From the human T2T-CHM13v2.0 reference genome, Homo sapiens, in NCBI RefSeq assembly GCF_009914755.1, contig NC_060932.1: a stretch of 64,000 nucleotides of DNA. One strand, 5' to 3'. The translations under genes were made by a program, and so were the position numbers. The notes under the pieces are model-generated. The model was not told the DNA's origin and made no database searches. It saw only the letters and a list, made by a program, of their open reading frames with translations. Below, one piece after another: positions 1-13,789 of the stretch; the first letter of the stretch is position 1; each line of letters begins with the position of its first letter.

Positions 1-66
1 TATTATACTGAAACAGTTTGTGCCTTTAGTGTCTTGCCTCGGCACCAAGGTAATCTTTTGCCCACA
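1..66 (+). mobile_element. 3' end of a MER11-type (HERV-K/HML-8) LTR, running off the window start
   Basis: tattatactgaaacagtttgtgcc...ttgcctcggcacc...gcccaca resembles the MER11 U5 end with terminal CA; no PBS follows. Confidence 0.7.
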
Positions 67-1010
67 GTTGTGAATCTCCAGAGGTTTGATCGATGGATTC
101 ATGTCTCTCAATTAAAAAGACACAAACTTAAATCAAATCTCTGTAGAATTATTCTGACCAGAAACATTTAGTTGACTGTTTTTAGGAATTTTGAGAAGCA
201 GACATTCCTCTAAAGGAGATGGATTCAACCTAAGACCTCTGTACCAAATTTAAGACTATGTAAGAGATACTCAGCTACTGCTTCAATCTGTGGAACAAGA
301 CCACAAATTTTCATGCACTAATCTGCATTCTTTGGTTCTTTATTTCTCAAGATATCTTTTCCTGTATTTTACAGGTTTAAGATTCTCTAAGTGTATCACC
401 TACAAGAACCCCATTTTTAACATCAGTTTTTGCATGTTTAGGCACACTTGATATGAGTCCGACACCTGGCTATAATTTTTACCTAAACTATCTAAAGCAT
501 AAAATCAAAATCACTGTTTGCTGGGCTTGTACTCATTTCTATTTGGGAAGTACCTCATTTCTTGTAATGAATGAGTTTCCTAGTAATGAGGATCACCCTG
601 TTGGTAATGAAACAAATATGATGACCTTTTCAAGGCAAACATCACAGAAGGCCAAATGACCAACTATCTAAAACCTCCTGCATTTCATACTTAGAAGAAT
701 TATACTTTCAATAATTTAACTCCCAACTCCAAAGGAGTTCATGATCTAAGGTATTACCATTGGGTTGGCTAACAATATCTCTCTAGATAGATATTCTTTT
801 CCTGTCTCCAGAAAAACAATAGCTGCCAGCTTTTCAGGCTTTCACAAAAGTTAGCTTTTGTAACCAAACATTTGCAGAAAAGGAAACTGGATGAGAACAA
901 AAGGCTTGTATTTGCAGTCAATCTGTCTTTTCCACATCTTACAAGATACATTAATCATTTTTTTTGCCTTATATCTACCTAATGACCTCAGTTCTACACG
1001 TTTTATCACC
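67..1010 (+). mobile_element. Decayed class I (ERV1/gamma-like) internal segment: integrase C-terminus and env remnant
   Basis: 67-120 translates VVNLQRFDRWIHVSQLKR (integrase C-terminal WIHxS motif); ORF 453-659 has a CWAC (CxxC) motif at 519-530, typical of gamma-type Env SU. Confidence 0.55.
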
Positions 1011-1205
1011 TGACCATTGTACTACTCTTAATTTGAGGGGTCTATCTTCAAGTATTGAAAGAGTATTTTGTTATTTTTATTTATTAAGTGTCATTTTATC
1101 ATTTGCTGCAACCATCAAATGAATCATAAAATCATTATATTGAGTGAAACACAAACTCCTATGATGCAACTGATTTCTAACACTAAGAAATAGAAAAGGT
1201 TCTTC

Positions 1206-1280
1206 TAGAAGTTTGAGGCCAGCCTGAGCAATATAACAAGACTTTGTCTCTAAAATAAATAAATAAATAAACAAATAATA
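1206..1280 (+). mobile_element. Truncated Alu monomer (FLAM/AluJ-like)
   Basis: agtttgaggccagcctgagcaatataacaagactttgtctct followed by a (TAAA)n tail. Confidence 0.8.
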
Positions 1281-1439
1281 GAAAAGCCTATTTTGCTAAT
1301 AAGACGAATCTGAGAGGTTTCTTTCATATTTTAATTAAACCGATTTTATTGTGAAGTGTAACCTACAGAGAGAAAAAAAGTACATATTGTAAATAAAGAC
1401 AAGTTGGTTTGGTTCTATTTTTCGTAGCTCCCACATTCT

Positions 1440-2900
1440 CATAACAAATTGTCCCATTTTCTGTTTGTCTGAAATTTTTTTTTTTAATTTTTCCTCTATT
1501 TGTGAATTACATTGTTACTGAGTGCTGAATTTTAGGTTGGCAGTCATTTCATCTCAGAACTTGAAAGATGTCATCCCATTGTCAGTCTTATTGTTGCTCC
1601 TTGAAAGTATGTGTCTTTTTTCTCTGACTGCCTTAATAGCATATCTAACTTTCATTTTCAATAATCACATTATAATGTGGTTTTTTAGTATTATTTTTCT
1701 TTTTGCATACATATAACTTTAAAGTACAGTTTGAATAGGTATCACTGTTTAATTCTCATATATTACCCTTTGCTCTCCACAGAACCATCATTCTCTCTTC
1801 TCTACATTTTTGCAAATTTAACATGTTAGAATTTTTCATTTTATTTCATATTTTTCTTATGGTTTCTTATGAATTTTCCATTCTTTTTCTTTTCATTATT
1901 TTGTACTTGTTATTCTCTAGTAAACTATTTCCCAATTTTAAACTCCTCTCCATAGTGTTCAATTTGCTGTTAAACTTTCATTGAATTCTTAATTTTAATT
2001 ATTACATTTTGTGGTTTTAAAAGTTTTACTTGTTTTCTTATGGACTCTACATGATAAAATTTTTCACCTTTCGTATGTTTTCCCCAGCATATTCAGTGAG
2101 TCTTTTTCTGTCAATTCTAACAACAAAGTCATCTGTAGTTCTATTTCTATTGTTTGTTTCTCTATTGTCCTTTTTTCTTGGTTTGCATCATTTTTACTTG
2201 ATTTTTTTGACATCATAACAAAAATTTTTGGAGAACCAGATGTTGTCACTCATCTTCCTGATGAGATATCACATTATCCTCTCATAAGTAGAAAGAGTAG
2301 AAGACAATTTTCATTAAATAAAGGTTTGAACTGATTTAAGGCTTTTTGCATTTTGCTAAGGTTCTATTTACCTTCATTTCACATCTTCTGCTAGGATATA
2401 GCACTCTAAGCATCACAAATGAGAGTATTTTGTAATTAACAGATAGATCCACCTTATTTTCACCATGAGACTACCTTTAACTCCACTGTGCTTTTTAAGA
2501 AGTTTTTGGTTAGCTTCATAATTTCTGGCTCTGTGCAGTTTAAAAATTAACAAAAAAGCCAAGAGAGGAAACTATAAAGTATAAGAATTACATCTGTGTT
2601 GCTCTTTTCTCTCTTGATAGCCTTGGGAATGCAAACTTCAATATTTTTCCTTGCCAGTCTTATAAGTTTACCAAAAGCAATGGTAGATTTTTCTGGGTTT
2701 AGCCATAGTCATTTCTGTTGATTCTGAGCTTCTTGCTCAGTGTTGAGAATCAGCAAAAGTCCTGATGGAGAATCTCTAATGAAGCCTTCCCTCCTCTCCA
2801 CATCATAGCCCCTGAAATACTGGTTCCCTTCGTCACTCTCTGATATTTTCAAACTAGGTTCTTACGATTCACTTCAAGCTTCTCCATCTTAGCTGGAAGA
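1440..2900 (-). mobile_element. Old L1 (L1M/L1ME-type) fragments
   Basis: T-rich strand with degenerate antisense L1 ORF1-like phrases. Confidence 0.5.
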
Positions 2901-4759
2901 TGAAGCTGAGGGTTGCACTGACTCTGTCCTCTCCAACTGAAAAGAACTAGTCCTTCTCAGGTATTATTAAGGCCTCATTTTATTTTATAGAGATCTGATA
3001 ATTAAACTGCAAGATATAAAAAGACCCTGGTTCTTGCTACAGGAATACTTTAGCAACAACGTGTATATCAGTAAGACTGTAACTATAAAAAGAGGATCTA
3101 AAATTATCATTAAGATAAACATTGTACTTCTAAATTGTAAAATAGTAATTTGTGCAAATATTTGTGCTAACGAAGTTAACTCTATTTAAACAAGTCACTC
3201 CATGTAAACTCAGTTAATGTAAGTTGATGGCCCTAAAATGAATATTTTTTGAGTTTCTGCTTATGGCTTTCCCAAATAAAATTGCTTCTTTAATCATGAG
3301 AAAAATTCACATATTATCTAATTAATGTGTACAATTTTGAATTCTGCTTCTTGTATATCAAATAAGTAAACCAGTTGTGTTTTTTAAAGCAAACTAAATA
3401 CTACCTGCTAAAACTATTTGTTGAAGGCCAAATAATTAAAAAAAAAATTAGAGCCACTTTAGTAGAAACAAGAATAAAAGGTTGAATCTCATAGTAATTT
3501 AGCAATATCTACCATGGACAAATGAAGTAATGGAACCAACTGTGATGCAATGAACTGTGCATTCTCGCTGACTCTGCATCTGCATCCTCACCCTGCTCTT
3601 ATCAAAAGGTGACTTCGAAGTAAAATGATGTTATAGGAACTGGCCCTTAACGTCAGGTGCATTGTCCTGAGACAGGAAATCTGGCAACTGTTGTAAGTGA
3701 TGTTTCTATAAAAGTGCAACCAAACTGTGGAAGAATAAGAAAGGAACAATTTTTTTCAGTGTAAACAGGTTCTCTTATTTTATATGATCAGAATCTATAA
3801 TAAGTCATTGGTACAAAAACAAAGAAAAGAATCAGAATGCAAAAGATACATGAAATGTTTAACTTTAAACATTAAATTATAATAATTCCTAAATCTGTTG
3901 ATGAATAGTCAAGTATCCCCCGTTTTTATTAGTAGCTGTGTCATCTTTCTAGAATCAGTCGTACCTATAATTCTTTATCTATAATTTTCTATTTAAATGT
4001 GTTTAAAGTCGAGGGAGTAGAGACATTTTCAAAACAATCTTTGCTGAATTCTTGTAAATGTCTACATTTTATCTGATTAGGACAGAAACCAATTTTTTAC
4101 CTAAGTTGTTGGTATTCTTTCAGTAATATGAATATAACATGATTTTTAAAAAGCACTCAATCCATTTTCTTTAAAAATGGCAAGAGTATTTTCACATGGA
4201 GTTATATTTGTTTATTCAATATCTAATTATAATTCATAATTATCTTATAAAATACAATTTATAAAATTCACTTCAGAAATAAAATCAGATGTCTTTTGGG
4301 AAGTATTCACTTACCTTGTGTGAGTATGTCCACAATCATAAAATAAAGTTCTGTTACTTCCAAGGTATATGTATGCTACAGATCAATCAGTGTTTTCTAT
4401 AATTCATGCAAATCCTGAAGTGTTTCTTTATGTAATAAGGTATACAATGAGCCACTGTGTTCACAGGGCTAGTTTTCTGAGGAAAGAATATGGTCACTGG
4501 ACTGAGTGGCTTGCAGAGGGTGTTGCTTGGGTTAAAAAGAACAAGGAACAGAGACAGGTAAGGAAAGTAGGGGATATTCACATGTGTGCCATCTTTGCAA
4601 ACCTTAAGTGTTCATAAGTTTCCCTTTATTCTGTAGTCTGGAACATTTATTATAACTAGAATTTCTACTTTTATTTCTCTACATAAATGTTTTAAACATG
4701 GCCCTTGTATATTGGCCTTATATGTCATTAACTTCATATATATCATTTACTTCTTCCAT

Positions 4760-5231
4760 TTTCACAACCAAACTCAATTTTTCACCCATGCAATTGTTTT
4801 AAATATAGCCCAAATAAGCTGATGTTTAGCAATTTAGAGGCTGCTGGCTTATATATACTGCACAAATGTACCAAACATCTTCTAGCCACAGAGAAGATAG
4901 GTTCTTGAGCTATAAACAGTCCCAAGATGTTGCTGTTCTTTGGTGCTCTGTGACCCAGAGACTTCATTATGCTGCTGAGTGAAATCATCTAGACACATGA
5001 ACCTCCTCTTGGTTTCCTCCTCTCCACTGGGAGTTCCTTTGCCCTCTTTTCTTTCTATGTGGTAACCATGTGCTGGCTGGCCATTCTCTCTGGAAGACCT
5101 CATGCTGTAAGGGACTTCCCAGAATGCAAACCTGTCAAAGCACCACCCAAATAAAGCTTATTCTATTCTACAACCACCACATGGTCATGCATTTTTCCTT
5201 GATCCACCCCTAAATCTCTTAAACTCACAAC
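4760..5231 (+). mobile_element. ERVL-class solo LTR, LTR40-like
   Basis: catctagacacatg...gcaaacctgtcaaagcaccacccaaataaagctt...tccttgatc...cacaaca; AATAAA and terminal CA. Confidence 0.6.
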
Positions 5232-5779
5232 ATTCCATTATGGAAATGCCATTCTAAAGTTTGAATTATGTTCCATACTGACTGATGAGTAGTGTTTGAT
5301 GAAGAATGAAGTTACTATCATGAGTCTAAGAGATAACTTTATCTATTTCATATGCTGAGTTTCACCCTGGATCTTCTTAGCAAATACATGATATCACATA
5401 GAGTCACTACTGATTATTGAAAAAAAAAAAACAGAAGTTTCAGAACACTGGAAGCACAAAGCCATACATCCAGGCCAACTTAAATAAGAGTGTAAAAGGT
5501 CACACCCCTATGAGGTTTGTTGCCATTGTACCCACTGGTTTTCCTTCAAATTATATTCAGAAAATGAATTCTGGTTTAAGTAAATATAAAATGGCCTATA
5601 TCAAACAAACTCTCATAGTGAAAAATAAAACTTTAGAACCAAATAAACACCAAACAATAACAAACAAAATAATACAACTGTGTTATGAGAAAGGAAACAC
5701 AGGTGATTTGGCCATAGAAATAAGACATCATTAGACGAAGTCTACATCTATAAGGCACCTTTTTCCTGATGTCATGCTC

Positions 5780-7070
5780 ATTCCTTTTTCAGTGAAGGGG
5801 AATTAGAACTCATACAGAAAGCTCTGGTCATACTAGTTGGAAGAGTCAGGCAAGAAAATTAGGTATGTTAAGCCATTTGGAAATTAAAGGAGAAAAACAG
5901 CTATGAAAAAGAAGGCCACAAAGGGAGAGACCAAAATATGAATGAAAACACCCTTTAGATTCCAAATATTGGACACAAAATTTAACAAAACTTAAAAGTA
6001 AGTAGAGAAAGAAAGTCTATTACATACAAGGAAAACAAAACAAACAAACAGAAAAACAAGAACATCTGACTTAACAGAACAAACAGAGGGCAAAGTATAG
6101 TAAAATGATATTATTAAAGAGGCCAGAATTTAGAAAGAAGACACCGGTAACTTAGAAATTGATATTCAGTGAGAACATCAGTCATAAATAAAAGTGTAAT
6201 ATAATATTTTGGATTAAAGAAAGCAGAGGGAATTTGTCTCCACCAGACCTTCACAAAAGAAATACTAAAGAAATATCTTTAGAATGAAAAGGCATGATAA
6301 GAGATGGAAATTAAAATATCCAGATACGAAGAGGAAACACAAGAAATAAATACAGTAATCCCTTCTTATCTATGGTTTCACTTTCCTTGGTTTTAGTTCC
6401 TCATGGTCAACCACAGTCTAAAAATATTAAACGGAAAATTCCAGAAATAAACAATTCATAAATTTTAAATTTCATGCCATTCTGAGTAGTGTAATAAGTT
6501 AAATAGGCATCTTTTCATTCCTAGAGCAAACACTAAAAATATATAAAGTAGTAGAGCTAAAAATCAAAAAGAAGAACTATCAAGGCATAATTAAAATATA
6601 TGCATTTAACTCCCAAAAATAAAGGAAAAAAGAATTTAAAAAGGACAAATAAAAAACTAATAGCAAGATGGTAGGAATAAAAGTACCTCTATTAATAATT
6701 ACAGCAAGTGAAGTGGATTAAATATTGCAATTAAACTTTAATTTACAATTGCATTCAATTGTAATTGTATAACTAAACAAAATGAAGACAACCATATGCA
6801 GTCTAAAAGGGATACTAAAAGCATGGCAAAAGATAGACCGTGCAGATAACAATCATTGGAAAGTTGCAGGCTGCAAAACAAGAAGTAATATGAAAGATAA
6901 AAAGGTATATTCCATATGTCTGAGAGTCAATTAGCATATTAACAGTTTTGAAAATATACACAGCAAAAACTGGCAGAAGTGCGGGGAGAATTACTGAGAC
7001 CTACAATTTGATGGAAAAGTTTCAAGTTTCTTCTTTTATTATTTTTGTAACATTAATCATAAAAAAATTT
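5780..7070 (+). mobile_element. Old L1 (L1M) ORF1/ORF2-start remnants
   Basis: A-rich; contains caccagaccttcacaaaagaaatactaaag (ORF1 end) and endonuclease-region-like phrases. Confidence 0.55.
6352..6495 (+). mobile_element. MER44/Tigger7 DNA transposon fragment
   Basis: cagtaatcccttcttatctatggtttcactttcc...ggaaaattccagaaataaacaattcataa matches the MER44 5' end. Confidence 0.75.
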
Positions 7071-7076
7071 ACTCTA

Positions 7077-7430
7077 TGCCATGGTCTAAATGTATGTATC
7101 CCTGCAAAATTTATATATTGAATACTAACTCTCAACTGATGATACTAAGATGTGAAGCCTTTGGGAGGTGATTAGGTCATGAGGACTCTACCTCATGAAA
7201 ACAATTAATGTGCTTATTAAAGAGGCTAGTGGGGTTCTTTGCCCCTTCTGCCACATAGGATGTAGCAAGAAGACACCGTCGATAAGGAATAAACCCTCAC
7301 CAGACACCAAATCTGTCGATTCCTTGACCTTAGACTTCCCAGCCTCCAGAACTGTGAACAATAAATTTCCGTTGCCTATAAATTATCCAGTAGAAAGTAT
7401 TTTGTTATATCAGCCCTAACAGACTAAGAC
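7077..7430 (+). mobile_element. MaLR solo LTR (MLT1A/MSTD-like)
   Basis: tgccatggtctaaatgt...gacttcccagcctccagaactgtga...gactaagaca with TG/CA ends. Confidence 0.85.
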
Positions 7431-7434
7431 ACTG

Positions 7435-7975
7435 CACCTCTAAAATCCCTCCAATGGTTTATGTCTCACTCAACATAAAAGCTAAGCTCTTTACTGTATC
7501 CCCCAAACAAAAGACAGCATTACCTTTCCCCCATTCCACCTCCTCTTAGCTTCTACTTCTCTCAAAATACTCCATACACTTGTTAAGAAAAACACCTCCA
7601 GCACACTCCCGTTTCAGGGATTTGGTATTTTTCATTGTCTGTCTGTGGAACTATCTTCCTTCAGATATGTGCAAGGTTTGTGAACTCATTTTCCTCAAGT
7701 CTTTGTAAAAATCTTGTATGTGTAGTATGGCTTTCTCTGTTCATCAAATTTAAAATCTCAATCACTTCCTTCAGCACTATGCATTCTTCTTTCATCCTTA
7801 ATTTTACTCAGTTGTACTTATCATCAGACACCATCTCCATATAGTTTACTTACCTGTTTATTATTTGTTTATAGGCACTAGTATGCAAATGCCATGAGGG
7901 ATTTATACATTTTATTCCAAATCATATTCTTAGTGCTTAAGAGTGCTTGTCCATGTTGTTGAATGAAAAATGAAT
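7435..7975 (+). mobile_element. L2 3' fragment
   Basis: aaatccctccaatgg...; ends ttgttgaatgaaaaatgaat (L2 tail). Confidence 0.65.
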
Positions 7976-8199
7976 ATATTTATCTAATCCAGTGAAGGAC
8001 CTAGTATCTATATACCCTGTAAGAAAACAAAACACAGATCTAAGAAATTTATGAAATAAAATACAAAAAAGGTATAAGAGAATATCCACAACATTCTTCT
8101 CATTTTACCATTGAGAAAACAGATCTGGAGAGATTTTTCTAACACATAACAAGACTGAGTGGCAGGATATACCAGTCTACACACCTGTTTTACTTCACT

Positions 8200-8480
8200 G
8201 TTTTGGCCATCCCAGAATGTGGGCTCATTGAAGATTTCTGTTTGTCTGATGCAGATTTTTTTAAGTGATTTGGTTGCCAATGTTTAAACATTAGCATATT
8301 ACTCATACGAGTCTAAAAACCAGCTTCTCTTGAAAAATTGGAACATCTAGCAAACACGATCCATATTTCCATGTGGCAGTCATTTCCACTGCTTAGACAG
8401 GCATGTGTTCTCAAGTCTGCTTTCCTCTTTTACCACATCTTTCTGGTTCTTGTGGACATCAGATTTTGCTGCCTTGAATT
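8200..8480. mobile_element. hAT-Charlie MER102-like element, preceded by a MIR fragment (~8090-8190)
   Basis: gcttctcttgaaaaattggaacatctagcaaacac...catgtggcag...agacaggcatgtgttctc. Confidence 0.45.
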
Positions 8481-10669
8481 TATCCCTTATTTTAATATTT
8501 TTATGTATTTACACATAAGATTCTTGATTCTGGTAATTATGGCATAATAAACTGAGGAGAAAGTAAATTAGTGTTACTGAAAAGAAATTTAAATGATACT
8601 ATGGTTCAAAACCTCTGCCCCACATATTTTGACAAGTAAATATTCATATATCTCTACTTAGGTGTACTTTTCATGTTTCTATCACCAAATGATATGCTCC
8701 TGAAACAGTCAACTGGGGAGATAATATATCCGTCATTTATACTTTATTATAAATTACCTTACTAAATATTATACATTTTTATCATGTGGTAAAGATGGAC
8801 TTTACTGATTACACGTCTTGATTGAAAGATGGAAAAAATATTTGTTTGTTTGTTTTTAATTTGAGATGCTATGAAGAAAGCTTTTAAAGCCAGGTTAATT
8901 GCATGAGAGTAGTTTCTGATGGTCAAAGATATGTCCATTCCTATCTATAGAGTTTCAGAATTAAAAAAGGAATATTAAGAGGTGTGACAAGTATATAAGG
9001 AGAAGAATGGGTTAAATTTATGTTAAATTTAACCTCAATGTATAGTTTAGTGATTGTCCTTGTTGTACACGGCTAATGCTATACTATTATATTAATCTCC
9101 AAACACAGGGTTGCATTCCTACTTTATGTACTATAGGTGGAATTCTAACATAAACAAGTTTTATGTTTTTATGTTTATTTAATTTCTTGTATCAATCTTG
9201 TCCACTGTTTAATTGTTGATAATATCAAAAAAATATGTAGAGCGTGTTTGGCTATTGGTTCTAAAGTTGACTATAATATACAGTTTAAGAAAAAAATAGG
9301 ACTTAAAGAGAAGCCAAATCTTTGCCATATTTTCCTCTGTTTTAATGATATTGTAAATAATTCTCTATGGTTGTTTTATTTTTCTTTAGTGCCCACACAA
9401 CCTCCTACATGGCCAAATTCATTTCTTGATGGCATGCTGGTGACTGAACACGTAGGTGCTTACTAAAATAGATGTGCTGATGGGACATATGGGCACAGTT
9501 TTCTTCCAGCTAGTTTAATATTTTTCTTTGAATGTCTGCATATTATTTTGATTTTCTAAACCGTGTAACTGGCATTGATAATTACCAATTTTGCAGGATT
9601 CTTTTCCTCATTCTCAATATTCCTGTTATCATCTGCCATGTAGGTTGATGTTTTACTTCATTGCCTTAAGAAGATTAAATATAAAATTTATATTCAGGCC
9701 ATTGCAGCAAAAAGTCTGACATATTCTCTTTCTCAAGTTCTCTCTGTACTTTTCTTTCCTTAAGAGAAAATCACCTACCTAAGGGTACAACAAACTTTTA
9801 TTCCAGAGGAAACTGTTCTATCAGCTGCAGGTTGTAGGCACTGACATCATGACAGCATAATACACCTCATCTGAATAGAGAAGGACATTTTCAACTTAAA
9901 AAAAAATTTTGCACCAACACATTGTTATTGCATTATTAAAATATAGTTGCTTATGTTATTCCTAAAATGATGGTAACATGATTTTGGAAAACATTAATAG
10001 GTTTTAGTTATGAGGATTCTATAATTTTTTCCTATGTAAAATATTCTGTGTAAATATATGGCTAGCCCACTCTAGGCTTGTTGTAAGCACGGGATAAAAT
10101 GCACTATGCTCTTTTCTAGGAGAGGATGCATTTACACACAATGCTTGAAATGCTAATTCTTACAGCCTATTGTGAATTTTCTTTTTATTGCTACTACGTT
10201 TTGTCAAATTTTTTTTAGTTTTTGTATTTGATGTTAGCAATTTGCATCAAAACAGATAATAATTTGGGCTGGAAATACTAAGAATGCATTTCTAACACTG
10301 TATAGACCTATTGTGGAGTGCCAGAATATGAGTGTTTGAAGTGCAGAACGTACTGGCAAGAAATAAACATGGCTGATGCTACATAGGGCCCTTGTTGCCT
10401 TTCTTCTTTCGTAGAATTCTCTAATTAGTGCTCTTAGTTGATAATTGTACAAAAGTATTCTGATTTCAGATAGATATTTCTGATTCAATTGTAAAACTAT
10501 CCTTAATGAAAGCATAGGGAATCGCATAGCAAATAGAAATTCTGGACTCATTGAAAAACTCTGGTTGAGATTTTTTTAAAAACCTAAAGCTTTTATGTAA
10601 AACAGGTTTTCATTCACTCATTTATTAATTCACGTATTTGTTCATTACAATTGTATATATGTAGTATTA

Positions 10670-10865
10670 AGAAAAAAAATTCTAGAACCAGATTGCCTGG
10701 GTTCAAATGCTACATTTGCTACTTACTAGCCATTTAAACTTGGACAATTACATTCTTTATAGGTGGCAGGACTTCTAAATCACAGGTCTTTGGTAAGAAC
10801 TCTCAAATGTGTTATGAGAAAGTATTTGTAATATGCACAAAAAAATGCTCAGTAAATATTTGTCA
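10670..10865. mobile_element. MIR
   Basis: ccagattgcctgggttcaaat...gctacttactagc...gctcagtaaatatt. Confidence 0.65.
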
Positions 10866-11034
10866 CCATTAATAGTCAATATTCATCAAAATTCATCGTT
10901 TTATTAAATATCCAGATCCTGTGGATACAAATTAGAAATGACAAAATATTTACTGTCAAGTTAGAACCCAATAGAAATGCAAATCATGAAGTTGGGGGTA
11001 GAAATAAAATCAATTTTAATATATTATGTTGTGA

Positions 11035-11075
11035 ATAGATAGGTATAGATGAGATAGATAGATAGATGATAGATT
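11035..11075. repeat. (GATA)n microsatellite, imperfect
   Basis: gatagatagatagatgatagat. Confidence 0.85.
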
Positions 11076-11099
11076 AATAATATAGATATCAATGATTTA

Positions 11100-11535
11100 C
11101 AGCTGACCCTTGAACAACATGGGTTTGAACTATGCAATACTACTTATCTGAGTATTTTCTTCCACCTCGGCCACTTCTGAGACAGCAAGACATACTCCTT
11201 CTCCTCAGCCTACCCAATCTGAAAATGATGAAGATGAAGACCTTTATGATGATCTATTTCCATGTATGGAAGAATAAATAAATATATTTTCTGTTCCTTG
11301 TGATTTTCTCAATAATATTTTTTCTAGCTTGCTTTATTGTAAGAATACATATAGTGTGTAATACATATATATGATGTGTGTTAATTTACTGATTATGTTA
11401 TTAGTAAGGCTTCTGGTCAACAGAAGGATATTAGTTGTTAAGCTTTCAGGGATTCAAAAGTTATATGTGGATTTTCAACTGTATGGGAGATTGGTGGCCT
11501 TAAACTTCCACATTATTTTATTTAAGGGTCAACTA
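11100..11535 (+). mobile_element. Tigger2a DNA transposon, near complete
   Basis: TIRs cagctgacccttgaacaac...tttaagggtcaacta with TA flanks; internal ctgagacagcaagac and gatgaagacctttatgatgat. Confidence 0.85.
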
Positions 11536-11639
11536 TATATGTGTATATATATATATATATATATACTCTATCTATATTGATACACACACATGTCATATTC
11601 AGAAGGTTAAGAAACAAAATAGTAAATTCACTTTATTGT

Positions 11640-12255
11640 GAGGGTCTGGAAAGTTTTAAGATGAGGCATTTGGAAGTCATTAGATGAACAAGAAAGGAAA
11701 GATAACCCAGACACAAGGAACAAGATATGTAAAGCCTTATAAGGTAGCAAAATAAAATCAATGGTAGCAAATACATAGGTTTGATGGGAAAGAAAGTAGG
11801 GCAGAAAAGAAATGAGGATAAGATCAGGCAGAACATAATGGCTGCTATAGGCTCTGCAAAAATGGTTGATTGAGTCTTTAAAAGATTTTAATGAATAGGG
11901 CAATGATATGATTTAACTTCCATTTTAGAAAATGATAGAGGTGCTGTGAATAGATGCAGGTATGAAAAAACGAGAGATAAACACTAGTACTTGGGAGGAT
12001 TTTGCAATGTCCCAGGTGAGATCGTAGCTGAGCTGAGTTATAAGCAATGCCTGTGAAAAAGAGGGACTAAATATATGTAGGTTTTTGAAATAGAATCAAC
12101 CTCACTCACATACCGTGTAGTAAGTTGGGAGTAATCTGAGTTAGGCCTGATATTCACAGGAAAGCATTTTTATAAGTAAGAGGATAAGTCTTGTTTTTAT
12201 TATATTGAATCCCAGTTGCCTCATCTGTTAGACATTTGGGAGTTACAACAATGAG

Positions 12256-12308
<53 letters not shown>

Positions 12309-12520
12309 TGCAGGGTGGCAGGATCAGAGAACCATTCAGTGAGTAATCACCTTAAAATGGTAACTATAACCATGATTGTGAATGGGATTATCTCGGGAAG
12401 TCCCAGAGTAGCCTGAAGTTGTATAGAATTCACAAAGGAGATATGGTACACTAGCAAAGAGGAAGGTCAGTAGAGCGAGTAATAAAAAATAAACACTGCT
12501 AGAATCTGAAAAGTGTCCTT
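11640..12520 (-). mobile_element. L2 fragments
   Basis: Purine-rich degenerate L2 antisense phrases (gatatgatttaacttccattttagaaa, gtcccaggtgagat). Confidence 0.5.
12258..12306. repeat. (CA)n microsatellite, about 24 units
   Basis: Pure CA run. Confidence 0.97.
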
Positions 12521-13299
12521 TCTACTGGGACACAGCAGGATAGTTTCACTGGCATATTAACTGTTTCAAACAGTATGTTGATATGGTCATATTTCTGTTG
12601 AAATATTTGTTTATATATGCACATAGGAAAGGATGCATATCTTTTATACATAAATGTTAAGAATGGTCATTTTTAGTGGAGCTATGGGTATACACAATTT
12701 TTTAGACCTTTTCTAAGGTGTTCATTTTTATGGTACACACGCATTATTATAGAAATTAGAAAATACTATTTAAAATTAGCTATCAAGGAAAACAAAAGTA
12801 AGAGCTAAAGTGGAATCCAGAGTCCAAGGTGTTGTACTACATTGTAGACATATGATTGTGTTTACATGCTAAACACAAGGAGTCAGTGGTGAGAGGTGAC
12901 TGAATACACAAGAAAGGACAATCAAGGAAAAAGAAAATTCGGAGGAGGAGAGAGAGGACCAGACGCAACAACAGGATTCATAGTTTGGAAAAAAGATCAG
13001 CCTTTCATAGAAGGATAGTTTCTACTTAAACATTATAGGAAGGCATTCAAGATGGATGTGAGCTGAAGAGGATGATGCTTATGGAGTTGTAGGCTATCTA
13101 CCACTATGAACACAGGTTCTTTTCTAAAAACCCAGTCACCTAAAATAAATGGTAAAGACAGTATTAGTGCAAAAATTCTCTCTGATATTAGGTGTTGGTA
13201 ATATTTATTTTAAATTGGTTCAGTTCATTTATATGAGCCAGGTAGATAAAGCTAATATAGGACTCAGGTGAGAAGTAAAACAATAAGAAAGAGTAGAGA

Positions 13300-13745
13300 T
13301 TATCATTAAAACTTAATTTAGCACTTTTATATCTTATGGTCTGGAGATCAGAAGTCCAGAAGTGGGTCTGACAGAGAAAAGTCAAGGCATTAAGACTGCT
13401 CTGTACCTTCTGGAGGATGTAGGGAAGACTCCAAGTCTAAGGAACACTAACTACCAGCATTTCCTAGGGTGTGGCTCCCTTCTACCAATGGCATCAGTGA
13501 CTGCTGCTTCCATTGTCACATCTCTCATCTCCCACTGACTCTGATCCTCCTCCCTCCCTCATATAAGGACACTTGTGATTACACCAGGCACACCTGCATA
13601 ACCCAGGATCATCTCCCCATCTTAGAGTCCTTAACTTAATCCCGTCTGTAAAGTCTCTTTTGCCATGTCAGGTAAGCATATTCACAGGTTTCAGGGATTA
13701 GAAGGAGGACTTCTTTGGGAGCTACTATTCTGCTTACCATAACCA
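13300..13745 (-). mobile_element. MLT1 (MLT1C/D-like) MaLR LTR
   Basis: ctggagatcagaagtcc...ataaggacacttgtgattacac...cagggattag...ctattctgcttaccata. Confidence 0.8.
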
Positions 13746-13789
13746 CCATTTTGTTTTGATTTGTTACTTGAAAATAGAAAATGGATACA

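Noticed and set aside
7848-7857. Perfect minus-strand donor CAG|GTAAGT
   Set aside because: It lies in an L2 relic and I found no convincing paired acceptor.
9010-9034. Perfect hairpin ggttaaattta-tgt-taaatttaacc
   Set aside because: An 11-bp AT-rich stem is plausible by chance or local slippage, and there is no supporting context.
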